DNA of 64,000 bases, taken from an uncultured delta proteobacterium. GTDB taxonomy: Bacteria; Desulfobacterota; RBG-13-43-22. The notes beneath the pieces are model-generated. The model was not told the DNA's origin, ran no database searches, and saw nothing but the letters and a program-made list of their open reading frames with translations. Of this stretch, positions 22,250 through 32,795 are shown in pieces; position 1 is the first letter of the stretch, and every line of letters starts with the position of its first letter. The DNA lies in assembly GCA_963743305.1 (NCBI GenBank), contig CAVUPH010000014.1, forward strand, positions 32,001 through 96,000. Direction: 5' to 3'. Both the position numbers and the translations under genes were made by a program.

Positions 22250-24128
22250 AGCGCCTTTCAGGCCGTCCTCCACTTGAATCCCTTCTCGTCAGCGCCTTGG
22301 GCCGCCGGCCAATCCTCCAACCTCAGCCATCTCAGGCATAATGTCGGCCAGGTCACGGCGGATCGCCTCGGCAGTCCTCCGGGCTCGCTTCCGCTGACCC
22401 GAGAAGCCGGTCCAACTGCGCCCGATACGCATGGGCGTACGAATCGAACCCCGTTTGAATCTCGCCGGTGACCCTCCGTACCCAGGCCTCGAGGAGCCGG
22501 CGATACGTTCGAAAGGCTTCCGAAACCGCCGGGCCGAACCGGTGCCGGAGTCGGCGTTCCACCCGCGCCCTTACCAGCGACGCAGCGATTGACACGAATG
22601 GTGAGCGCTTGTAGGACGGTATCTGCCCGGCGAAATCAAGTTGCGGCATTTCTCGGAGGCCCGAGACAAGCTCTTCCTCCTGAGGCATCTCAGTCATATT
22701 CAGTTCCCGGGCGGCCCGCTGAAGGGCAACGGTCAGCTCCTTGGCGAGGCCATTAAGCCTCACGAACAACTCCGTGGCGGCGCCGGCGGCAGTTTCCGCT
22801 ACGGAGGCGGTCAACAGGTCCGACTCCACTTTTTGCCCCTGGCGCCAGCGCGCAACTATTCGGGACGCGGCTTCCCGCAGTGCGGTCGATGCCAGGTTCT
22901 CCACTTCTTCGGCTGCCCGAAGACAGGCCGAAATTTCTTCAGGTATCCGGCCGGCCGACCGCCTCAACTCCTTTTCCACCTGTTTTAATTTTTCGGCATC
23001 CGTCGGACGGATTCCCTCCACACGATCCAGCCTGGACCGCAGCGCCGCCTCAACCGATTCCCGCAGGGCCGCAATTTTCCGCCGCACCGACTCACCCGCA
23101 AGCTGTTGGTGCCGTTGACAAAGCGGCTCGATCTGTTCTTTGAACCAGGCCTCCAATAAGGCCGCGGAATCTCCGACGATGCTGACCGGCTGGACATTCA
23201 GGGTCAGGCCCAACCGCCCCTGGATCTGCTCGGAAATATAAGTCCGTGCCGACTCACGGTCCTCCCGTGTCAGGAGGTCTGCCTTGCTGAGCAAGACCGA
23301 AGCCGGCACTCCCGCCTCCACCAGGGCCTGAATGGTCGCCAGGTCCTCTTCATCGAGCGTCGAGCCGGCGTCGACCAACACCATGCCGAGATCGCACTGC
23401 GGGAGGTAGGCCCGGGTCTCGTCGGCCCCGGAAGTCGCCAAAGAACCGAGACCCGGAGTGTCCACGAACACCATCCCATCACTGAGTCTGGCGCTAGGCA
23501 GCTCTGCTATAATCTTGGTGACGCCCTTGGAGTTACCCGGATTGCGTTGCTCGGTAACGAAATCCGGCAAGGCGGCGACTTCGAAGCGCTCAACTCGGCG
23601 GTCTGTGAAAGTGACCGTCAACCTCGGTTCCGGTCCGAAAACCAGCCGGGTCGGCACCGCCGTGATCGGATTCACGCCGACCGGAAGCACGGCCACGTGC
23701 AGCATCTGATTCAACAACGACGATTTTCCCGAACTCACCCGGCCGAAGACGGCTATTTCGAAGCGCTGGGTCTCCAGGCGATCCAGAATCATCGTAAGCT
23801 TGGGGCGAAACTCGACCAAACCCTGCGCGGAAATGATTCTCTCGATCTTATGAAGCAGATCCGCATCGTCCCCGTCCCATTGGAGTCTCTCGCTGCGGGT
23901 GCCGAGGTCCTGCCCGAGGCCTTGCACCAGATAGGCGTCGAGTGTGTCGACCAGCGCCTGGAGTTCGTTGACCAGGCCGTTGAGGTCGGCGATCGCGGAT
24001 TCCGGAACTTCTCCGTAGCCCCTCATGTATTTAGGGCCTATCTCGGTCAGGGCGATTCCGACAAATGATAGGTTATCCACATACTCGACACTGCTGATAA
24101 GACGACGTTGCTGGGATTCATTCAACAT
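22250..24128 (-). CDS. Bacterial dynamin-like GTPase (DLP-B); exact 3' end uncertain
   Basis: G1 GRVSSGKS, PITAVPT, DTPG and SKAD motifs with a helical C-terminus. The ORF track ends at 22353, probably at a frameshift. Confidence 0.85.
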
Positions 24129-24405
24129 TTTTCAATTCCATATTAAAAAATGGGTAGCCATTCTTGTTGCCGGCAATATGATTCAAAGCCCGAAGGTAAG
24201 CATCTTTTTCATCCTTATTAATCAGGTCCCTTCGTAAGGCATTACGTTTTATGGCGTAGTTTTCCAGATCCTCCATTGCATATTCTTCTTGGACCTCTGG
24301 GTCCTGGGAAAACGTATTCATCCAATGCGCATAATAATCAAGCGCTCGTTGGATAAGATGGGTGCACACCGGACACCCGCGGCTTTGCAGATCTTGAACG
24401 ATCTC
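24118..24405 (-). pseudogene. Fragment of a CPVC-containing Cys-rich domain
   Basis: Reading upstream in frame gives QDLQSRGCPVCTHLIQRALDYYAHW with no clear start codon. It abuts the truncated MFS. Confidence 0.45.
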
Positions 24406-24406
24406 A

Positions 24407-24949
24407 CTAAACCCTAGCCGGGTGGCCGGCTATCCAACTCAGCAAACCAAACGCGGTTAAAGGCCCCAGGATGGCACCGAGCGTATCGCTGGCCCGGTGA
24501 AATCCAAAGGCCTTCCCCAGGTCTTTGGGAGCAACCGATTCGGCCAGCAAGGCATCGCGGAGAGGACTGCGTATGCCCCGGCCGAACCAGCCCACTACCC
24601 GTCCCAGGAGGATTAGGGGCCAGGCCAAGGCGAAGGCAAAAACGGCCTTGGCGATGGCGGTAAGGGTATAGCCGATAACGGTCCACGTCTTGCGATGTCC
24701 AATTTTGTCACTGTGATAACCGGCCCCAATTTTGACAAAGCTGGAGAGGGCATCGGCTACCCCTTCGATAAAGCCCAAGGCGGCCGCCGAAGCCCCTATG
24801 GCCCGCATGAATTGAGGCAAAACAGCAGTGGCCATTTCATGACAAAAATCACTCAGGAGGCTGGTCAGACCAATGGCCAGGACATTACGATTGAACCATC
24901 GGTTGAGAGTTGTAGACTCCTTTTCCGGGCTTTGGGTTTTTTCATTCAT
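24407..24949 (-). pseudogene. MFS transporter, N-terminal half only
   Basis: SLLSDFCHEM, GRGIRSPLRDALLAE and AFGFHRASDTLGA motifs; the ORF stops after about 6 TM segments. Confidence 0.75.
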
Positions 24950-24971
24950 TTTAAGGTCACCAGTCTCCGAT

Positions 24972-25570
24972 TCAGCCCTGCCTCAGGAGGGCAAGTAAAA
25001 TTTTACCTTTTCCTATTATCCATATCCTAATTTTAAACCAACTCACTATTATGACCAGGGCACAAATCCCGCCCAAGAAAATGCCGCCCAGGACATCCAG
25101 AGGATAATGTTCCCCCACGTAAACCCTGGAATATCCTACGACTAAGGCCATCAATAGGAAAAGAGGGGTACCACAGTCGATAAGAAAAAGAAAGGAAAAT
25201 TGCGGCGGCAAAACAATTGGCCACATGATTGGAAGGGAAGGACAGAGAGCGTGGACAGGGCCAAAAAGTATGGATGCCGGACAAAACATGACAAGGACGG
25301 ATGCGGCCGAAGAGGGGCTTGATAAAAAAACTGTTTGAGTAATCAGTCGTCCCCACTAACAGGGCCAGCAAGACGGCTGTTATCTTTCCTTTCGGACCTC
25401 CTAAAAAAAACAACAGTAACCAAAGGACCAGCAAAGGAATCCGCCAGTAATTAAATTCAGTAATGATGGGCATGACCCAGTCAAAGAATGGATTGCGGCT
25501 GGCCTTGGTTGATCCAGTAAAATATCCAGATATCCCGAGCTAAAAGGCTATTGAAGAGATGTTCCATCAT
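24972..25570 (-). CDS. PAP2-family membrane phosphatase (frameshifted)
   Basis: KPLFGRIRP, SFPSNH and SRVYVGEHYPLDV motifs. Confidence 0.85.
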
Positions 25571-25631
25571 TTAAGATAACCCCTTAAGAAATAAAGGTTG
25601 CTAAAAAAATCGAGGATTTTGCTCAAAGGTT

Positions 25632-26382
25632 TTATTTATTGTTCCGATCAGATATAAAGGGATAAAATCGCGATTCCTCCTGATTAACCGAATCAGAAGG
25701 AGAAACCCGCGAAAAAAATAGCTTCCACCCGCTGCACCAGCCTACGGCGCTGATCAAGGCCGCTTTATCCTCTTCGGTTTCCGTCCCCTGGAATTCCATG
25801 CGGAAAGAGTGGGCAGTCAGACAATATGATGAAGAATTTCCTTTACAAAAGCCTGATGGCGGGGAAAATCATTTACGATCCCTGAGCGTATATCCTCCAT
25901 AAGATGGGGCCGGCATCTTTGAGCCGATTCATTTCCCAAACACCGCCCGCAAACGGCCTTCTGCCAGTATTTCTTGGTGTCCAGGGCAATTTTTGAAGCT
26001 CCGAGAGGTCCCGGCCTCTTCTGATGACATCCGCTTGGGCCTTCCCTATCGAGTTAGGTCCAAAACCTTCCTCACACATCAAACAGGGGCCCTGGTTCCG
26101 AAGGCGTCTAATCGTCCGGAGACGGGGCAGGGACCCCTGGAAATTAAGGGCCGACCACGCCTGCTCCATGAGATCCAGATAAAGGATGGCCGGTCCATGC
26201 ATCCATCCTCGGCGAAAAGAGGCATCCATGGAGATAAAGCCCCAGGCGTGGCGTCCACAGAAGCCCCAGGCCTTTTTAAGCCGCTCCCGTGTACGGGAGG
26301 ACATGATACTCCCCTGGATAAACCACCAGAGGAAGTGGATTTCACCTTCCGATAATTGAAAATCCTTTCTTTCAATGAGCAC
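25632..26382 (-). CDS. Conserved-looking hypothetical Cys/His-rich protein (frameshifted)
   Basis: HFLWWFIQGSIM, AWGFCGRHAW and CLMCE; coding continues in other frames to about DKAALISAVGWCSGW. Confidence 0.6.
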
Positions 26383-26876
26383 GGATATTTTCTTACTCTG
26401 TGTCGTTCACCTTCATCGTGTTTAAAATCTCTCGGGCGGCCTCTCGAACCGATTCGACCGGATCCGTAGCAGGCGGCGGATACGGATTCCAGGGCCGGTG
26501 CCCCCCCCAATTTGCCCAGGGCCTGAACGGCTTCTTTACGGACCAGGAACGAGGGGTGCCGCACGAAATCCTGGAGTTGTGGAAGGGAAGCCGGATCTTG
26601 GATTTCTCCTAAGGCCCAAACAATGTCCGGAAGCAAATAAATGTCCCGGGTCTCCTGCGCCGCCTGCATTAAAGCCGGAAGGGCTTGCTTGGCCTTTAAC
26701 AAACCCAGTATGCGGGCCGCCCGATGGCGGGTCTCCGGCTCCGGGTGCTTCAAGGAAAGGGCCAGGCGCTCCGCATAGCCCATCGCTTTCCATCGGCTAA
26801 GATCCTCCCGGCAACGGGGACAGGTTTCAAAGGAATCAGAGGATTCGAACCAGCAGAACGGGCAATAATAAGTCAT
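26375..26876 (-). CDS. Zn-ribbon plus HEAT-repeat protein (3' end uncertain)
   Basis: CPFC...CPRC followed by HEAT-like repeats (RHRAARILG, VWALGEI, RKEAVQALG). Confidence 0.75.
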
Positions 26877-26888
26877 GAAAGCCGCATC

Positions 26889-27770
26889 CTAACTTTTTTG
26901 AAAATCTTCGAGAACCTTCAAGGTGTTGATGGCCATGCAGGTATATTCCAGAGTTGCAATCCCCAACAAATGAGACCTTCTGAACCCAAATCCTTTGGTT
27001 TGACAATCAAGGACAAATTTCAAGATGGCCTCCTGGTACTTTGGTCGATAACCTGCCAGTTCAGAGCCTAATAAACCAAAATAAATATCCTCTAAAAAGG
27101 CCAATGTAGACATAGGGACATTGGTAAAACCGAATTCTTCTTGTTCACACAGAAAAATAAATTCAAAAAAGCCTGATGGGTCTGTGAGATAGCCCAGATC
27201 CTTTAGTATCCTTAAAGCCCAATAGGTCTCCCGCAAGTTGGAGATTTCTATACTAAAGCCAAAATCTTTTCGTTGGAACCTAAGGACATAATCCCGCCCT
27301 CTTTTCTTTAACGATTCCTCCATGGGGCACCCGATTAGTTCGATCAGTTCTGTCAGATAGCTCAAAGATTCAAGGCCTGATTCTTGGCCGGAAAGGGTTT
27401 TTTCAAAATTCCCTAATAGGGATCGAAACAGCTCCGGAGTGTTGATTTCTGTTTTGAAGAGTTTAAGGACTCGCAAGCCATAATAAGTCCCCCAGAGGCC
27501 GGGCAGGCCATCAGCATGGTCAAAGAATCGTTGAACGAAGGCAACGGTTTTGAAGGGATTAGGAGGTAAAGCGGATAATAATGATAGCGTCCGGGTGGCA
27601 AAAAAGGTATCGGCCAGATTGGGCTCTTCCAGCCCATAGAAACAGTATCCTCCTTCCCGGCATTCCAGGGAATGGATATATTCGATCACTTTCAAGGGCG
27701 TCACCCGGTCCATAAGCCCTCCATGGAGCCGGGGATCATTCTTTGTCGAAGGTAAGCCAGGGGAGGGCAT
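26889..27770 (-). CDS. Prenyltransferase/squalene-cyclase-repeat (alpha/alpha barrel) protein; start may be 27713
   Basis: Repeated motifs EGGYC..PNLADTFFA, FQRKDFGF..ETYWAL and CQTKGFGF..EYTCMA. Confidence 0.65.
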   Translation of the reverse strand: MPSPGLPSTKNDPRLHGGLMDRVTPLKVIEYIHSLECREGGYCFYGLEEPNLADTFFATRTLSLLSALPPNPFKTVAFVQRFFDHADGLPGLWGTYYGLRVLKLFKTEINTPELFRSLLGNFEKTLSGQESGLESLSYLTELIELIGCPMEESLKKRGRDYVLRFQRKDFGFSIEISNLRETYWALRILKDLGYLTDPSGFFEFIFLCEQEEFGFTNVPMSTLAFLEDIYFGLLGSELAGYRPKYQEAILKFVLDCQTKGFGFRRSHLLGIATLEYTCMAINTLKVLEDFQKS

Positions 27771-27959
27771 TCCATCCTCACAGATTATTTCCCCGACCTT
27801 TCCCGGGTTGCCCCCCTGATTTGAAGAAGCCCCGAATCACCCGAAAAGGGCATTCCTTCGGTTCGAATTCACTGTTGGCCCTTTACTCCCCATAGGAATT
27901 CCCGTTTCCAAAATTATATGCAGGCCATCCTTCTTTATCGAAGTTTCTACCAGTCCCAA

Positions 27960-27999
27960 AAATAAAAAACTTCTACCCCAATTATTTTGGAGTAGAAGT
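27960..27999 (-). terminator. Terminator of the riboswitch 2 expression platform
   Basis: On the minus strand ACTTCTAC pairs with GTAGAAGT, followed by TTTTTATT. Confidence 0.8.
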
Positions 28000-28061
28000 C
28001 ATGAGCTTCCTTTAAACCTACCGGTAATTAAAAGAAAGCGGTTCCGGTGAACTTCATCACC
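27992..28061 (-). ncRNA. Fluoride (crcB) riboswitch 2
   Basis: Minus strand reads GGUGAUGAAGUUCACC-GGAACCGC...GCUCAUGACUUCUAC; the GAAGU/ACUUC pseudoknot is complementary. Confidence 0.9.
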
Positions 28062-28122
28062 TTTTTATAATCTAAAAACCATCGTCGTCCGATATCATCG
28101 TTCAAAAAAATTTTCCCCGCTG

Positions 28123-28564
28123 TTAGTCCTTTTTCTTTTCAGACTGGGCCAGGATGACGGTACAAGGGGCATGGGTGGTGATCTGCACGGCCGTGCTGCC
28201 GCTTTGGGTATGCAGAATGGCAGATCGGCCTTTTTTACCCAAGAGCAGAGCATCAAACATGCCCTTTTGGGCATAGGCGATCACGGCCTCCACTTCATGC
28301 CCCGGAAGAATTCGGCATTTGATTTCCACCCCGTGTTCCCGGCGCATCTTCACAGACCAGGGTTTGCTCCTTTTCGATTTCCTTGGTGATCTCGGCCAGG
28401 GCCTCTTTGACCTCCCCGATCGTGGCCGCATAATGGGGGAGCTGTTCGATGATGGTCAGCAAATGGACTTCCGAATCAAACTTTCTGGACAGTTCCAGGG
28501 CGATCTCCAGGGCCTTCTTGGAATCGTCGGACCCGTCATAGGCCACCAATAATTTTTTAAACAT
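28123..28564 (-). CDS. Universal stress protein (frameshifted)
   Basis: KKLLVAYDGSDDSKKAL and GSTAVQITTHAPCTVIL motifs. Confidence 0.85.
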
Positions 28565-28582
28565 AGAACACCTCCTATTCTT

Positions 28583-29725
28583 CTAAATGCTCCGAAGTAG
28601 AGTAGAACCATTAAGATCGGGTAATTCATATTTGGGATTAAACCATTTCTGGGCGATAAAGGTGGGGATGATGGCGCTCAAGACCACAACGGCCACCAGC
28701 ACAGAAAACTGGGTTCGATTGATGATACCGGCCGTCAATCCAAAAACCGATGAAATGGCTCCCACATGGTCAGACCCGTGCTCATCAACAGGGTCGTGTA
28801 CATGGCATTTTCAGGAAGATATTTTTTAGCAGGGGATAAGACCCCCACTATTTTGGTGACTTGTTTGACCAAAAGCATCTGCACCAGCAAGCCTAAACTC
28901 AATAAAAGCAATTTCAAAGAGATATTCATCCCGCCGTTGATAAAGAAGAATGGGGTAATAATGGCAAAGGCCACTACCCGAAGTCGGTGCTGTAATTTAC
29001 GGTTTTCCATAAAAATTTTGGACATGGCCAGACCCAGGACAAAGGCCGGCAGGATGGCATGGCTGGCCCCGACTTTGGCGAAAAACATAAAAACAACCAG
29101 GATGAGAAAAAGAAAATTGATCTCGGCTCAATCACCCGGTCACCGTAGCGCTTGCAGATCCAGGGATAGATCCTGGGGATAATCAGAATCGAGCAGGGCG
29201 GAAACCCCCAGAAAGAGCAGGGTGAACCACGTTGAGCTCGAGAAACAGCAGAGTAAGGGCCAGGGTTGTTCCCAAATCAGTAAAAAAAGTGGCGGCCATA
29301 AGGATCTTGCCCAGTTCGGTATTGGTTAAACCGGTTTCGACCAAGACGGCATAGACGACGGCCAGGGAGGTGGTGGAAAGGGCTATTCCGGCGATCTCAG
29401 CGGCCGGCCAGGTCCAGTCCAACAGGTAATGGGTATAAAATAAGGCACCCAGAAAAGGAGCTAAAAAAGAAACGATGGTCCGACAAGAACTTCCTTAAAT
29501 TTGGCTTTCATGACCTGGGTGTCCACCTCGGCCCCGGCCAGGAAGGTCAAGAGGATACCGCCAAAGCCGGCCAGATAGGTACTCCAGGGAGTGGGATGGA
29601 GTTCCAAAAAGTTTCCTCCGATGACACCGAGGGACATTTCAATGATGCCACTGAGAGGCCCAGCTCAACCCGAAGAAGATTGGCGAGGATGGTGCGGAGA
29701 GGATAAATACGAAGATGGCGTCCAT
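28583..29725 (-). CDS. Cation:proton antiporter, CPA2-like (many frameshifts)
   Basis: ALSTTSLAVVYAVL, AATFFTDLG, ILPAFVLG, PFFFINGG and TTLLMSTGLT fragments occur in order. Confidence 0.8.
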
Positions 29726-29775
29726 TCAAAACCTCCATTACAAGGAAGCATCCTCACAATGAGCCTTCTTCGGCA

Positions 29776-29800
29776 TAAAAAAAACCGCCGGGTGGCGGGT
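29776..29800 (-). terminator. Terminator downstream of riboswitch 3
   Basis: Minus strand CCGCC...GGCGG hairpin followed by a long T run. Confidence 0.65.
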
Positions 29801-29845
29801 TCATCCGTACTCCCTAATGCCCCCCACCGCGGCAGTGACCTGCGC

Positions 29846-29896
29846 AGTAGGAGTCATTAGCTCGAATTCGGCGTTTATCGGGGGGACTCCATCCCC
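29846..29896 (-). ncRNA. Fluoride (crcB) riboswitch 3
   Basis: Minus strand reads GGGGAUGGAGUCCCCC-CGAUAAACGCC...GCUAAUGACUCCUAC. A TTGACA -35 box lies at 29926-29931. Confidence 0.92.
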
Positions 29897-29946
29897 ATCT
29901 AATAAATTAAAGGAATTTTAATAATTGTCAATTAGTTTTTGCCACT

Positions 29947-30924
29947 CTAATCAATAAAATATTGAGAAATATAACGCAAAGCCAGGAAGGTGATGATGAG
30001 GCCCAGCATGAGCTTTATGAATTTTTGGGGGACAAATTTCTGGGCCCGGGCGCCAAAGTACATACCTCCAAAGCCACCGACGCCGAAGAGGAAGCCTAAG
30101 AACCAATCCGGGGCGGTAGCCAGGCCGGGCTGGGCCGGGATGACGCTGTAAAAAAAGACTCCGGCAATGGAGGTGATGAAGGTCCCCAACAGGGCCGCGC
30201 CTGCTACAGTATAAACGGGCAGGCGGAAGACGGCCACGCAAAAAGGGGCAATGATCGCCCCCCCGCCTATGCCATAAGTGCCGCCGATAATGCCGACCAC
30301 GAAGGCTAATAGAAACATGGCTACGGTGCTATAGGAAAACCGTTCTCCCCAAAATTCGTATTCCACTCGGGTCAAGGAAAAATGAATGGTCTTGACCACG
30401 GCCTCGGCCGGCAAACCGGAAGCCAGCCGAGCCATCCGTCCTTCTTTGAGTTGCCTGGCTTGTTGATTGAATTTTTCTTCCAGGGCCTTCATCTCCTTCT
30501 TACCCTTTTGCGAACGCCCCGACATTTCGTAAAGAAGGCGTATCCCAATATAGAGTAAGACGCAGCCGACAAATAATTTAAAGGCCTTAGGATCGGGCAG
30601 GTAGAGGACCCGCAGATAGTAACCGATAAACACCCCCGGCAAGGTCCCGACAATGACCACCCAGGTCAGCGGCCAGGCCATCCGCCCTTCTTTCAGGTAA
30701 CGGTAGACGCCACTGGGGATCGCGACGATATTATAAACAAAATTCGTAGCACTGACTGAAGGACTGGTGAAGTTCAAAAAACTTACCTGAAAGGGAAGGA
30801 GCAGAAAAGCCCCGGAAACACCGCCCATCGAGGTAAAAAAAGATACGATAAAAGCCACCACGGGAGGGATAAAAAAATAGGTCTTTACCCCCGAAACCGG
30901 GAAAAGCCAATACCAGCTTTCCAT
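29947..30924 (-). CDS. TauE/SafE sulfite-exporter-family protein
   Basis: SMGGVSGAFLLLP and GGTYGIGGGAIIAP repeats. Confidence 0.85.
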   Translation of the reverse strand: MESWYWLFPVSGVKTYFFIPPVVAFIVSFFTSMGGVSGAFLLLPFQVSFLNFTSPSVSATNFVYNIVAIPSGVYRYLKEGRMAWPLTWVVIVGTLPGVFIGYYLRVLYLPDPKAFKLFVGCVLLYIGIRLLYEMSGRSQKGKKEMKALEEKFNQQARQLKEGRMARLASGLPAEAVVKTIHFSLTRVEYEFWGERFSYSTVAMFLLAFVVGIIGGTYGIGGGAIIAPFCVAVFRLPVYTVAGAALLGTFITSIAGVFFYSVIPAQPGLATAPDWFLGFLFGVGGFGGMYFGARAQKFVPQKFIKLMLGLIITFLALRYISQYFID

Positions 30925-30942
30925 ATAATTCCTCCTGTTAAT

Positions 30943-31490
30943 TTATAAGGTTGCCATTCGGGATTCATTCGATTTTTCTCTTCTCAAAGGGATTTGAAAG
31001 GTATTTCCTATCCAAACCCGACTAGAAACCAGTCTGGAATCCAGGTAATGAACCAGGGACGGGAGAGGCGGCACGGGAATTTTCTCAGGATTCCAACTGG
31101 GGTCCGTAACCTGAAAAATGACCTGACCTTGAACATCCAAGACCAGAATCCCCAAAACATCTCCTCCCATCATTTTTAAGGACCGGGTGATAATTCCATC
31201 AGGTTGAGTCATTAACCCGGTACCTCCCAACTCCCAGGCATTTTTTAAGTTAAGCAAGGTCGTCTCCAGAGCGGAGACCTGATTTTGAATATGATCGGAA
31301 ACTTTTCGAGCCAGAATTAGCTGTTGCTGGTTGAGTTGCTGGGTAACGGTATCCTCGATACTTTTGGACGTGCTATACCCGATAAAACCGACAAACAAGG
31401 TCAGCAGAAGGGCCAATAGATAGCCTAAAGGCAAGTAGTGACGCCAGGGATTGGGAAAGCCGCGAGTTTTTGTTTTCATAGTAATCGCCA
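30943..31490 (-). pseudogene. Truncated sensor-type membrane protein (TM helix plus partial periplasmic domain)
   Basis: A TM helix is followed by QQLNQQQLILARKV; the ORF ends with no second TM or kinase domain. Confidence 0.45.
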
Positions 31491-31548
31491 TTCCCTCTCT
31501 CCATTTTAACCTCTTTAGATTGATGAAATCCAGAATCGGCAGTACTAT

Positions 31549-31570
31549 CACGAAAATAATAAAATTCGTG
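31549..31570. promoter_or_regulatory. Candidate operator upstream of the TunR-like gene
   Basis: CACGAA-N10-TTCGTG inverted repeat. Confidence 0.5.
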
Positions 31571-31649
31571 TCAATTTATCAATGGTCACAAATCAATGTC
31601 AAGATTTTTTTAGGGCTTGCGGAAATTGCCGGATATTTTAGAATACAGT

Positions 31650-32765
31650 ATGGATAAAAATAACAAAGAGCTAGACAAGAAGGAGCGACCCCATCGCCCC
31701 TCGCCGATACCGGAACGGGCAAGTCACGGCCGCATGGTTTCCATAACCAATAAGATCCGGTGTCTGGACCCTGTGCAGCTCAGCCGGTTGGAAAAATCCT
31801 TTCGCGACTGGGCGGATAGCAAATCACGGTCGGACCTGCAATTGTCCCGCAAGCGTATTTTGCTGATCTTTCTGCTAATTCGTTATACGGGCGCCAAATT
31901 GAACGAGGCTTTGACCATAAACCCTCTCAGGGACATAGATCTCCATAGGCACTTGATTGTTTTGGGAAAACCAGGGGCTTCCCCGGATCGACCTCCACGG
32001 GAAATCCAAATATCGGCGACTCTTTCTTCCGAGATCCAGTCCCTGCTGAATGATCCTGTTTTCAAAAAGTCTCCGGAAAAGGTGTTTAGGGTGGACCCTG
32101 GCCATGTCCGACGCAAATTTTATGAACGGGCGGCGACTTGCGGTTTTCCAAAAAGTCTGGGGGCTCCGGACGTGATTCGGAAATCGCGCGCCATAGAGCT
32201 GATGCAGAACAATATGCCACTACCGGTTGTTCAAAGAATTATGGGACATTCAACGCCCAATTCAACTTCTTCGTTGGTTTCTTTTTCCGAAGAGGATATC
32301 CAACAGATGACTCGATTTTTTTTCGAAAGAGAATCTTTTCGAAAGACGAGTGCGCGTAACGCCTTTTTCGGCAAAATCCGGACCATCCAAAAGGGAGACA
32401 TCCAGGCGAAAGTGGAGATGGTTACCATCGGAGGCGGCCTGGTTACTACGGTGATTACCAATGAAAGTTTGGCCAGACTCGGTTTCAAGAAAGGAACGCT
32501 ACTCACGGCCGAAGTTAAAGCGCCTCAGGTGATTTTAGAAAAAACAGATAAGGAACCTCAATGTACGGCAGAAAACCGGTTTCCTGGAAACATCGCCCGA
32601 ATCAACAGAGGCAGGGTCACCACCGAGTACGTAGTCCGTATTGCGGATGGAACGGCGTTATGTTCGCTGGTGAGCAGCGAAATCAGTCAACGTCTTGATC
32701 TCAAGGAAAACGATCCGGTCTGGGTTATATTCAATAGTTTTTCCGTGGTATTGCGTGCGGATTAG
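31650..32765 (+). CDS. TunR-like regulator: tyrosine-recombinase-like domain plus two TOBE (Mop) domains
   Basis: RYTGAKLNEAL, RKSRAIEL and VQRIMGHS, then TSARNAFFGKI and TAENRFPGNI. Confidence 0.85.
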   Translation: MDKNNKELDKKERPHRPSPIPERASHGRMVSITNKIRCLDPVQLSRLEKSFRDWADSKSRSDLQLSRKRILLIFLLIRYTGAKLNEALTINPLRDIDLHRHLIVLGKPGASPDRPPREIQISATLSSEIQSLLNDPVFKKSPEKVFRVDPGHVRRKFYERAATCGFPKSLGAPDVIRKSRAIELMQNNMPLPVVQRIMGHSTPNSTSSLVSFSEEDIQQMTRFFFERESFRKTSARNAFFGKIRTIQKGDIQAKVEMVTIGGGLVTTVITNESLARLGFKKGTLLTAEVKAPQVILEKTDKEPQCTAENRFPGNIARINRGRVTTEYVVRIADGTALCSLVSSEISQRLDLKENDPVWVIFNSFSVVLRAD

Positions 32766-32795
32766 GTCATGCAGAATTTCCATCATTGCTTTCTA

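Noticed and set aside
27780-27930. Small ORF between riboswitch 2 and the alpha/alpha-barrel gene
   Set aside because: No frame gives a clear RBS-start-stop or a recognisable motif, so it is left uncalled.
31650-32765. Active integrase marking an island boundary
   Set aside because: Catalytic residues are degenerate and the TOBE domains indicate a regulator.
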